Source of the DNA: a virus
Lineage: Duplodnaviria; Caudoviricetes
IMG/VR virus record: IMGVR_UViG_3300035547_000480
Location: 1-24,937 of that record
Length of the DNA: 24,937 nucleotides
Reading direction: 5' to 3' (one strand)
In this document: one piece after another, positions 9,368 to 17,801 of the stretch
How the letters are laid out: each line of letters opens with the position of its first letter
Position numbering within the stretch: position 1 is the first letter of the stretch
Program-made: the position numbers and the translations under genes
The notes under the pieces: generated by a model
The model's input: the letters and a program-made list of their open reading frames with translations, nothing else
The model's database searches: none
What the model was told of the DNA's origin: nothing

Positions 9368-9402
9368 ACTTGATAAATACTCTCTTTAGAGTGATATATG
9401 TA
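9368..9402 (+). promoter_or_regulatory. Putative promoter of recombinase cassette (ACTTG-N15-AGAGTGATATATG)
   Basis: TTGATA -35-like hexamer and TG-containing AT-rich -10-like region; the same ACTTG-N15-AGAG spacing recurs at 12908-12931. Confidence 0.4.
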
Positions 9403-9521
9403 ATACGCAACAAGGCTTGGGACCTTTGATTCGAGGGTTTTAAGCATTATTATTTTTGACCTTGGGGCTAAAGAAATTATGCCGCGTGATGCGAACCAAG
9501 GGATAAAAAGGAAAGGAGGAA

Positions 9522-11147
9522 ATGAGCATGAATTATGCAAGAGTTCAGGTTGAGCCTGTTCAGCAACCCAGCGTTTCTGTAATAAACAACGTCGATTTAA
9601 ACAGAAGCTTGGGCCAGGGAAAACCACATAAACCTAAAGTTGCATCATACTGCAGAGTGAGTTCTGAAGAAGAGTTACAGCTAGGATCCCTTGAAAACCA
9701 AATTATTCATTACACTAATTATATTAGATCGAAGACAGAATGGATTTATGCAGGGGTTTACTCTGATAAAGGAAAATCCGGAACGGATATGTCCAAGCGA
9801 ACTGGCTTTAATCGGATGATTAGAAAAGCAATGAATGGTGAAATTGACATTATTATCTGCAAGTCTATTTCTAGATTTGCAAGGAATGTAGTGGATACGA
9901 TGGATGTTGTAAGACAGCTTACTGAAAAGGGCGTCCAGGTCATCTTCGAAAAAGAGAGACTGAACACCAAAGACATAACCAGTTCACTACTAATAAAGAT
10001 TTTGGCCACATTTGCAGAAGAAGAGAGTCGAAGTACTTCAGAAAATATTGAATGGGCCTTAAGAAAAAGATTTGAAAGAGGTGAAGTTGTTGCTTCGCAA
10101 CTCTTTGGTTACAAGACAAAGAAAAACAAGAAGTGGGAGATTGTTGAAAAAGAAGCGGCCATAGTAAGAGAAGCCTATGCAATGTTTCTTTCTGGCGATA
10201 ATCTGACAGCCATAGCCCAGCATTTCATTCGTAGAGGATACAAGAAGCGCTCCGGAGAGATTGATTGGACATCTTCTAATATAAGCAGCTTTCTTACAAA
10301 CGAAAGATATTGTGGAGATGCTCTTAGCAGAAAAACATGTACTTTGGATTTTAGATCTCATAAGACAGTGGTTAACAGGGGACATAAGCCTCAGTATTAT
10401 GTTGAGGACCATCATGAAGGGATTGTGTCAAAAGAAGATTTTCAAAAGGTCCAAGAGATTATGAATGAGAACAAAACCACCCAATCAAATAAAGGAAGAT
10501 ACAAACGCTCCGCTATTACCAGCAGAATTGTCTGCGCCAGCTGTGGAAAGAACTATCATCGCTTCGGTCAGAAGGGGAAAATAACCAGATGGCGATGTTC
10601 GTCAAATGCAAAGAGCGGACTTTTATGCAAGGCTCAACCTATTGAGGAGACGAAGATAGAAGAGCTTCTCATAGAAGGTTTTGAAAAACGTTATGGCATG
10701 GATCAGAGAACAAATGATGGCTTGCTGATTAAACAGCTTATAAAAGAGTTATCAAGTGCAGAAACCGTAAGAGAAAGAGAGCAAAATCTGTTGAGGGTGG
10801 AGCTTGAAAAGTGCCTGATTGCTGAAAACAATGCTATCTTAAAAAATCTAGATGTAGAAGACATCAAGGCTAAAAGAAAAGAAGTCGAAGAAACAATCGC
10901 TGAAAAAACAAAGTTATGGGAGGCTTTTGACAAAGACCATGTCTTTAGAGAAGCATCCTTGAATAAGCTTAAAACCCTCAAGGGTTCAGATAAAGCCATT
11001 TATAAAATACTAGATATCTCTTTTATAAGAGCGTGGGTGATTCACATTACAGTGGAGTCACCTTTTTTATTTACCATTAAGTGGATTGATGGAGAAGAAA
11101 CCGTTGTCGGTCAATTTAGAGGAGGAATGTACTATGACTCAAAATAG
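9522..11147 (+). CDS. Large serine recombinase, type A
   Basis: YCRVSS catalytic motif, SISRFARN, recombinase domain (NERYCG...HEGIVS), CASC..C..C zinc ribbon; AAAGGAGG RBS. Confidence 0.93.
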   Translation: MSMNYARVQVEPVQQPSVSVINNVDLNRSLGQGKPHKPKVASYCRVSSEEELQLGSLENQIIHYTNYIRSKTEWIYAGVYSDKGKSGTDMSKRTGFNRMIRKAMNGEIDIIICKSISRFARNVVDTMDVVRQLTEKGVQVIFEKERLNTKDITSSLLIKILATFAEEESRSTSENIEWALRKRFERGEVVASQLFGYKTKKNKKWEIVEKEAAIVREAYAMFLSGDNLTAIAQHFIRRGYKKRSGEIDWTSSNISSFLTNERYCGDALSRKTCTLDFRSHKTVVNRGHKPQYYVEDHHEGIVSKEDFQKVQEIMNENKTTQSNKGRYKRSAITSRIVCASCGKNYHRFGQKGKITRWRCSSNAKSGLLCKAQPIEETKIEELLIEGFEKRYGMDQRTNDGLLIKQLIKELSSAETVREREQNLLRVELEKCLIAENNAILKNLDVEDIKAKRKEVEETIAEKTKLWEAFDKDHVFREASLNKLKTLKGSDKAIYKILDISFIRAWVIHITVESPFLFTIKWIDGEETVVGQFRGGMYYDSK

Positions 11148-12831
11148 AAACTCTTCAGCGATGAATCCTCGGGTTCGGGTAATACCTGCGAATATGAACA
11201 TGCAAAGAAGAGGGGAAGGAGAAGAAGAACCAAAGGTTAAAGTTGCAGCCTATGCAAGGGTGTCAACTCTTGAAGAAGAGCAACAGTCAAGTTATCAGCT
11301 TCAGGTTTCCTATTTTGAAGAATACATTGAAAGAAAACCGGACTGGGAACTTTATAAAGTGTATAGTGACGAGGGTGTAACAGGAACAAATACAAAGTAC
11401 CGAACCGGCTTTAACCAGATGATCAAGGATGCTAAAGAAGGGAAATTTGACTACATCATCACCAAATCCATCAGCCGATTTGCACGAAATACTTTAGACT
11501 GTCTGACTTATGTGAGGATGCTTAAAAACCTAGACAAACCTGTGGGAATTATATTCGATAAAGAGGGAATTAACACATTGGATTCCCAATCAGAAACGAT
11601 TCTGGTTGTCATCGCAAGCGTTATGGAGGAAGAAAGTAGAACCATAAGCGCCAATGTAAGCTGGGGTGTTCAGAAGAGATTTTCAAGAGGAATACCACAC
11701 ATACCGACAACCTATTTTCTCGGCTACGATGAGGATGAGGAAGGCAATCTAATCATCAATGAAGAAGAAGCCAAGATTGTAAGAAGAATATATCGAGAGT
11801 TTCTAAGCGGGAAAGGAACACCACTTATTGCCAAGGGGCTAACCAAGGATAAAGTAAAAACCGCTAGGGGAAACACCAAATGGACCAGCGATTCGGTTCT
11901 CAAGCTGATAAAAAATGAAAAATTCTGTGGTCATGCACTGTGCCAGAAGTCAGTTACTCTAGACCCTTTAACCCATAAGCGGGTGAGAAATAAAAATCAC
12001 AAACCGCAGTATTTTATTCGTAACAATCACCCGCCGATTATTTCAGAGGAAGATTGGAACGCGGCTCAGAAGGAGCTGGAACGTAGAAGCAGAATGCGTC
12101 ATGATCCAGATGGGAAGTACCGAAGATGTTATAGCAACACAGCTCCCTTTTCTAACATGCTATTTTGTGGGGAGTGTGGGGTTCCGGTGCACAGAAGACG
12201 CCTTACCTCAAAGAAAAATGGGCAATCTTATAAATTCACGGTATGGCAGTGCAGGGTATCAGCGATGAAAATGGAAGCGGATTATAAATGCCATACAAAG
12301 TATATATGGGAAGAAGTCATTGAAAGAGCTTACAATGAGATGCTTCTGAAAATGACAAAAGAAATGGATCAGATTCGAATGGAAGGTGAAGCGGCCATAA
12401 AAGAGGTCAGCCTATCTGAAGAAGAAAATGTACGATTAGAAGAAGTGGAAGAAATCATTGACAGAATCAGCGATCAAATTACTGAAATGTCTATGAGAGA
12501 GAGTATCACCAATGACCCAATTTATGACGCCACCCTTAGAAATCTCATTTACGAGTCTCAAATTTACCAACAAGAACATGAAAACCTCCTGAAGAATAAA
12601 GAAGAAAGTATCTTCATGAAGAAGAACCTGGATATTCTTATTGAGTATCTACAGGGGCTGCAAGACTTCGAAACCTTCGATGCAAAAATGTTTAGAGAGA
12701 CTGTTGAACGGGGTCTTATCTATGATGATTACCAAATGGAGTTTATCTTTAAATGTGGGGTCAAGCGAAAGGCCCTCGGCTGGAGGAGAGGAAAGGACCC
12801 GGTGGAACCGCTGAACTTAGATACTCTTTAA
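11134..12831 (+). CDS. Large serine recombinase, type B
   Basis: YARVST, SISRFARN, NEKFCG...HPPIIS, CGEC..C..C zinc ribbon, coiled-coil; GGAGG RBS supports ATG 11134 overlapping the upstream gene end. Confidence 0.93.
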   Translation: MTQNRNSSAMNPRVRVIPANMNMQRRGEGEEEPKVKVAAYARVSTLEEEQQSSYQLQVSYFEEYIERKPDWELYKVYSDEGVTGTNTKYRTGFNQMIKDAKEGKFDYIITKSISRFARNTLDCLTYVRMLKNLDKPVGIIFDKEGINTLDSQSETILVVIASVMEEESRTISANVSWGVQKRFSRGIPHIPTTYFLGYDEDEEGNLIINEEEAKIVRRIYREFLSGKGTPLIAKGLTKDKVKTARGNTKWTSDSVLKLIKNEKFCGHALCQKSVTLDPLTHKRVRNKNHKPQYFIRNNHPPIISEEDWNAAQKELERRSRMRHDPDGKYRRCYSNTAPFSNMLFCGECGVPVHRRRLTSKKNGQSYKFTVWQCRVSAMKMEADYKCHTKYIWEEVIERAYNEMLLKMTKEMDQIRMEGEAAIKEVSLSEEENVRLEEVEEIIDRISDQITEMSMRESITNDPIYDATLRNLIYESQIYQQEHENLLKNKEESIFMKKNLDILIEYLQGLQDFETFDAKMFRETVERGLIYDDYQMEFIFKCGVKRKALGWRRGKDPVEPLNLDTL

Positions 12832-12878
12832 AAAATAGATTCCGAAGCCGTAATAAAAACTGAATACCTAGTGTACTT

Positions 12879-12976
12879 AAAATACTCCTTTGACCATTAG
12901 AGATTGTACTTGCAATATGTTTCATACAGAGGGAACATACCAACAAGCGTAATCTTTATGAGGAAAGGAGTTTTTT
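12879..12976 (+). promoter_or_regulatory. Long imperfect hairpin pairing over the RBS of the double recombinase gene (copy 1)
   Basis: ACTCCTTT pairs with AAAGGAGT; inner arms AGATTGTACTTG/CAAGCGTAATCT and TATGTTTC/GGAACATA; homologous structure at 21308-21406. Confidence 0.65.
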
Positions 12977-12978
12977 AA

Positions 12979-15900
12979 ATGGACCAAAGAGATAAGGCCA
13001 TGTGGGTACACACACTGTGGGATCCGCTGGACGAGATGCATCAAAGTCCACTGAACAGCAAAAAAGAAGGTATTCGGGTTGCAGCTTACTGCAGAATTAG
13101 TAAAGGCAACACCAATTACAGATCCCTTGAAAATCAAGTGAGCTATTACAGCAACTATATCTACAATAAGCCAAATTGGAAATTTGTCGGAGTGTATATC
13201 GATAATCAAATATCCGGTGGAACCATCGAACACCGAAATGGATTCAAGCGAATGCTTCGTCATGCTAGGGAAGGAAAGATCGATTTAATTCTTACGAAGA
13301 GCATATCCAGATTTTCAAGAAACACAAAGGAAATCTTAGAAGTGCTTCAACAGTTAAAAGAAAGTGGCACAACTGTATTTTTTGAACGTGAAGGCGTGGA
13401 GGTTTCTAAGGGTTTGAGTTCACTGGTCTTAGAGACTCATGCAGCCATGGCCCAAGATTTCATCGAAGGGGTTTCAAACCTTGTGAAGTTTTCTTATCAG
13501 AAACGCCTGAATGAAGGACGGCCTTATTTTCATGAGATGTACGGCTATGATTTAGTTGAGCCAGGTGGCAAAGACATGGTGAAGATTAATGAAGAGGAAG
13601 CAGAAGTAGTTAGGTGGATTTTTAATCAGTTTATTGGTGGCGCCACTTATGCTGATATCACTAGAGAACTTATACATCGAGGAATTAAAACAAAAAAGGG
13701 AAATGATCGGTGGGCCCATACACAAATTAGAAAAATCATTAATGCGATAGCCTATACAGGAAACAAAAGGGCAAAGGCACAAACCAAGGACCTTTTTACA
13801 GGAAAGATTACTGGCAGCGGTCCTTACAAAGATCAATACATGATTGAAAATAGTCATCCGGCGATAATATCCATGGATGTATTTAATAGAGCTCAGGCGA
13901 GGGTTAAGAAAAACAAAAGAACTAAGAAGCAAATTAGAACGCCAATAAGTAACCCGCTGAAATATAGAGTATTTTGTGGTCGATGCGGAAAATTGGTGCG
14001 AAGAAAAAATGACTATAGATATGGATGTGCCTACACCAATGCCAGCGTGAAGCTTTGTGATTTAGAACTTATAAAAACTTATGACCTTGTTGCTATGGGG
14101 TTAAGAGGCTTATTCGAACGCATGCTGGGGTTAACCATTATTGCAACTAAAAACAGAAAAGACATCACATATGAAATGGTAGATCCCCTTGGCAGAAGTG
14201 AGAAGACTTTAAAAGAAGATTTTCGTCTGATGCTTAGGGATCTTGAGAGAATCCTCATCAGGGTCAACCAGAATGACCATTTTGAATTCCAGCGCCTAAA
14301 GTATTTTACTGACATCGAAATTGCCAAAAGGCAGAATCAGATAGAGCTGATTGAACAGCTAGAAGATGAATATTCCTCTTTTGAAGAAAAGGTTGGACGT
14401 ATTGAAGATGATAGAGAGTATCGAAATGATGCTCTTGTTTGGTTAAGGACCATCAGAGGCATAGACCATTTTATTAATTCTGCAACCATTGAAATGGTTA
14501 GAGCGTGGATGACAAAACTGATAATCTATTCAGGGTCAGCTTATGTTATCGAGTGGATTGATGAAAAAACAACGACGATTGGGCAAAAAGAAATTCCTGG
14601 TATCGTAGAAGCTGCAGAAAACAAACGATTAGAAAGGGAGAGCCGACTAAAGAAACAAGAGAAACCTTTATTAAATGATCTTATTAACTTTGAAGCTGCA
14701 GAAGATTCTTTAAAAGATAATGAAAATTCTAAAGCCCGGAGAAAGGAGGAACTCTTAGTGGAAGCAACAGCGATTACAGCAGACTCAAAGAGTCTGGCAA
14801 AAATAAACAACCAGAATATACCTATGCGCGACGTGGTTGTCCTTGAGCGTGGCCTAAGCATTAAAGACCTAGGCGATTTAAAGAAGAATATTCTTAAGAA
14901 CAGGATGAGTCAGCTCAAGCAGGAAGAAAAGAAGAAACTGAGAGTTGCAGCGTACTGCAGAGTATCAACAGAGATGGATGAGCAAAAGCTCTCCCTGCAA
15001 ACCCAGCTTGCATATTATAACTACAAAATACTTTCGAATCCTTTATGGGAGCTTGCCGGAATCTATGCAGATGAAGGGGTATCAGGAACTATAACCGAGC
15101 ATAGGGATGATTTTAATCGGATGATTGAAGACGCGAAAAAAGGTAAGATCGATATGATCATTACAAAATCCATCTCTCGATTCAGTAGGAATGTGGTTGA
15201 TGTTTTGGGAACATTAAAGACCCTCCATGAGTTAGAACCGCCTTGTGTCTGCTACTTTGAAAAAGAAAACTTGAAGAGCAATGATCCAAACTCTTCATTA
15301 ATTTTATCGCTAATGGCTACCGTCGCAGAAGAAGAGATTGTTTCCTTATCCAACAGCATCACCTGGGGCGTACAAAGTCTTGCTCAAAGAGGAACCATCA
15401 GTAGAAGGACAGATATGTATGGATACACCATTGATAAGAACAGGGAGTGGCACATTGTTGAGGAAGAGGCAGAAGCGGTTCGATTGATGTATCAATTATT
15501 CATAGAAGGTAAAAATATTTTTGAGATTGTTGAACATCTAAATGAGCTGGGGATAAAGAGTCCAAAGGGCAGTGACTATTGGAATTACAATACTATCCGA
15601 GAAATATTGAGAAATGAAAAGTATCTCGGTGATTATGAATTTCAAAAATACTACACGAAGGTTGCCGGGAGCGTACGAAAAGCCAATTATGGCCAGGTTC
15701 CTAAGTATTATATTGAGGAACATCATCAGGCCATCATTGATCGAGAGACATTTGAAAACGCACAAAAGGTTTTCGAAGATAGGAAAAGGAACCCTGTAAA
15801 GAATGAGAGGAAAGACGGGACAGCAGGTAGAGAAATATATTATAAGAAGTTCACTTGTGCTGAATGTGGCCATGTAGTAGCAAGATACAGAAGCACCACC

Positions 15901-16827
15901 TATTATTCCAGAGAAGGAAGTGCATGGCGATGTTTTAACTCTTTTCAAAAACTAGGATCGACATGTAATGTGTCCATATCATTTGACGAAAGGTATATGG
16001 ATTACTGCTTTGTAGATACACTAAGGAAAATCAAAACCAGCGAAGACTTTAGGCATCAGATAAAAGCGCATTTGAGAAAATTGGATTTAACGAAAAAAGA
16101 ACTGCAGCATAAAGAGCACCTTGAAAAGCAAATGGAAGCATTAAATCAAGAGCTTTATAAGGCGGTGGATACGGAGATCCAAAAGAACGGTAAAAATACA
16201 CAGCTGATTAACCAGATAACTGACGATATCATCCAATTGAGGGAGCAGCACTACAAGTACATTGAGCGATTAGAACAGTTAGAGGAGGATAAAGAGCGAT
16301 TGGAGAAACTTCTGAAATACTGCGAAAAGATGAAACCTTTCTCTTTAAAAACCTTTCACAATATGAGGCCACGAATCAAGCCGGGAGATAGTGTATATTC
16401 CAAGACCAACAGCGCAAGAGATGTTTCATACATGGACTTGGAAGGAGAAGACCACTTACCTGAAGAAGTTTTTATTGAGTATGTGTTGAGCGCAACCATT
16501 GATAAAGCAGGGGAAATCAAGTTTAAGTTTGCAGAGGGTGCAGAGTTTGGTTCGGGGTTAGACTATGAGAAGTACAAAGAGCGGTTTGAAAAACAAAAGA
16601 AGAAAATCCAAATGGAGGAGCTTTTAATCTCCGCTGAAGTACAAGAGGTGAAAGAGTTCTGTAAAGAATACAGAAAACCAAAGGAAATTCGAGAGCATTT
16701 GGGCATTAAGAGTGAAATTTCATATCGTAAAAGAATCCAGGAACCTCTTTATAAAGCGGGGAAGTTGATGACTAATGACGCAAAAGTAACTCAACTAAGA
16801 ATGTATAGATGGGCAGATGAGGAGTAG
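12979..16827 (+). CDS. Double (tandem-fused) large serine recombinase, 1282 aa, with C-terminal winged-helix-like domain
   Basis: Two full modules: YCRISK/SISRFSRN/CGRC and YCRVST/SISRFSRN/CAEC; C-terminal EFCKEYRKPKEIREHLG...EPLYKAGKL. Confidence 0.9.
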   Translation: MDQRDKAMWVHTLWDPLDEMHQSPLNSKKEGIRVAAYCRISKGNTNYRSLENQVSYYSNYIYNKPNWKFVGVYIDNQISGGTIEHRNGFKRMLRHAREGKIDLILTKSISRFSRNTKEILEVLQQLKESGTTVFFEREGVEVSKGLSSLVLETHAAMAQDFIEGVSNLVKFSYQKRLNEGRPYFHEMYGYDLVEPGGKDMVKINEEEAEVVRWIFNQFIGGATYADITRELIHRGIKTKKGNDRWAHTQIRKIINAIAYTGNKRAKAQTKDLFTGKITGSGPYKDQYMIENSHPAIISMDVFNRAQARVKKNKRTKKQIRTPISNPLKYRVFCGRCGKLVRRKNDYRYGCAYTNASVKLCDLELIKTYDLVAMGLRGLFERMLGLTIIATKNRKDITYEMVDPLGRSEKTLKEDFRLMLRDLERILIRVNQNDHFEFQRLKYFTDIEIAKRQNQIELIEQLEDEYSSFEEKVGRIEDDREYRNDALVWLRTIRGIDHFINSATIEMVRAWMTKLIIYSGSAYVIEWIDEKTTTIGQKEIPGIVEAAENKRLERESRLKKQEKPLLNDLINFEAAEDSLKDNENSKARRKEELLVEATAITADSKSLAKINNQNIPMRDVVVLERGLSIKDLGDLKKNILKNRMSQLKQEEKKKLRVAAYCRVSTEMDEQKLSLQTQLAYYNYKILSNPLWELAGIYADEGVSGTITEHRDDFNRMIEDAKKGKIDMIITKSISRFSRNVVDVLGTLKTLHELEPPCVCYFEKENLKSNDPNSSLILSLMATVAEEEIVSLSNSITWGVQSLAQRGTISRRTDMYGYTIDKNREWHIVEEEAEAVRLMYQLFIEGKNIFEIVEHLNELGIKSPKGSDYWNYNTIREILRNEKYLGDYEFQKYYTKVAGSVRKANYGQVPKYYIEEHHQAIIDRETFENAQKVFEDRKRNPVKNERKDGTAGREIYYKKFTCAECGHVVARYRSTTYYSREGSAWRCFNSFQKLGSTCNVSISFDERYMDYCFVDTLRKIKTSEDFRHQIKAHLRKLDLTKKELQHKEHLEKQMEALNQELYKAVDTEIQKNGKNTQLINQITDDIIQLREQHYKYIERLEQLEEDKERLEKLLKYCEKMKPFSLKTFHNMRPRIKPGDSVYSKTNSARDVSYMDLEGEDHLPEEVFIEYVLSATIDKAGEIKFKFAEGAEFGSGLDYEKYKERFEKQKKKIQMEELLISAEVQEVKEFCKEYRKPKEIREHLGIKSEISYRKRIQEPLYKAGKLMTNDAKVTQLRMYRWADEE

Positions 16828-16860
16828 GTGTGTAAAGAAAACTGATGTCTTTTTTTAGCT

Positions 16861-16902
16861 CCTAAGCTATCACCTAAGATGCCACCTAAGCCATCACCTA
16901 AG
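16861..16902. repeat. Four CCTAAG cores at exact 12-bp period
   Basis: CCTAAG at 16861, 16873, 16885, 16897 (CCTAAGctatca/CCTAAGatgcca/CCTAAGccatca/CCTAAG). Confidence 0.85.
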
Positions 16903-17007
16903 TTCTATTTTTTAATAATGTCACGTTAATCTCCATATATGAAGAAAAACATGCCAAAATTAAAACATCCATTTTCCACTTCACAAAACTGAATAAAGAA
17001 GATTATT

Positions 17008-17035
17008 CCCCAGTGACCCATAGGCCTGGGGTTTT
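17008..17035 (+). terminator. Possible plus-strand terminator
   Basis: CCCCAG-N12-CTGGGG followed by TTTT. Confidence 0.4.
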
Positions 17036-17046
17036 ATCAGCAATAG

Positions 17047-17095
17047 AAAAACCCACTGAGTTGGCAGATAACAATTATCTACCACTTGGTGGGTT
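17047..17095 (-). terminator. Terminator of the XRE-IrrE-PIN operon (possibly bidirectional)
   Basis: AACCCAC..TGGCAGATAA / TTATCTACCA..GTGGGTT long stem with A5 on the left (U-tract on minus strand), just past the stop at 17100. Confidence 0.65.
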
Positions 17096-17099
17096 ATTT

Positions 17100-17801
17100 T
17101 TATTTGAAATATGATTCATACAAACTGTCCATACTCGAGGAGAAATCTCCCCAGCCAGGGTTTGTACTTTTTTCCCGATCGGTCAGATAGTACTGGTATT
17201 TATAGAGCATTTTCATGGCTGTTTTATCAGCCAGATCATTTCTGTATAGATAGTAAATCAGCTCATACATCTTGATGGCTTGTACATTATCTAAGCCTGT
17301 AGACCACTCTTCTGATTTTTCAATGAGTTGAATGGCATTATTATCATTAGCTGCGAAGTAGAGGAGACCTTTGACAGCAATATAAGACAATGATTTCACT
17401 TCTCCACGATCATCCTTGTTATCAAGCATCGGATCGTATTTAGTGAGAGAAGCAATTTTTGATTCAATGGTATCTCTTAAAATTTTTTCAACTTCTGTTA
17501 GAGATGAATCCTTGTGAATAATGATCTCCGGTGGAATGCTATCCCTTTTCGCATCTACATAATTTTGGGGAGAGATTCCAATCAGTTCATCATATACTGC
17601 TTCGTGAATAGCCAGATTTGGAAAGACGCTAAAAATGGGGTCTAGCCAGATCTCTTTAAATTGTTCAAATCTGATGCCTTTCTTAGTGATTGGCCTTCTA
17701 TCTGGAGCAATAAGAAAATTCGCATCTAAAGTGATGATTTGTTCCGGATCTTCAATTATACTTATCAATGCTGGGTTTGGATGGGTTAGATTAATCTTCA
17801 T
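17100..17801 (-). CDS. Putative PIN-like domain protein (candidate toxin/nuclease)
   Basis: ITLDANFLI, AIHEAVYDEL, DDRGEVKSLSY, FAANDNNA acidic pattern resembles PIN-fold proteins; GGGGAGG RBS favours ATG at 17801 (233 aa), overlapping the peptidase stop. Confidence 0.6.
   Translation of the reverse strand: MKINLTHPNPALISIIEDPEQIITLDANFLIAPDRRPITKKGIRFEQFKEIWLDPIFSVFPNLAIHEAVYDELIGISPQNYVDAKRDSIPPEIIIHKDSSLTEVEKILRDTIESKIASLTKYDPMLDNKDDRGEVKSLSYIAVKGLLYFAANDNNAIQLIEKSEEWSTGLDNVQAIKMYELIYYLYRNDLADKTAMKMLYKYQYYLTDREKSTNPGWGDFSSSMDSLYESYFK

Noticed and set aside
11622-11638. TTATGGAGGAAGAAAGT in recB as a copy of the flanking motif near the truncation point
   Set aside because: Explained by codons for the conserved MEEES peptide; too weak to call a site without comparative data.
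468-16000. Numerous short minus-strand and alternate-frame ORFs within tail, lysis and recombinase genes
   Set aside because: Shadows of long, motif-supported plus-strand genes; no recognisable domains.
16861-16902. CRISPR-like mini-array
   Set aside because: Repeat unit is 12 bp with 4-6 nt variable parts, far too short, and there are no cas genes.
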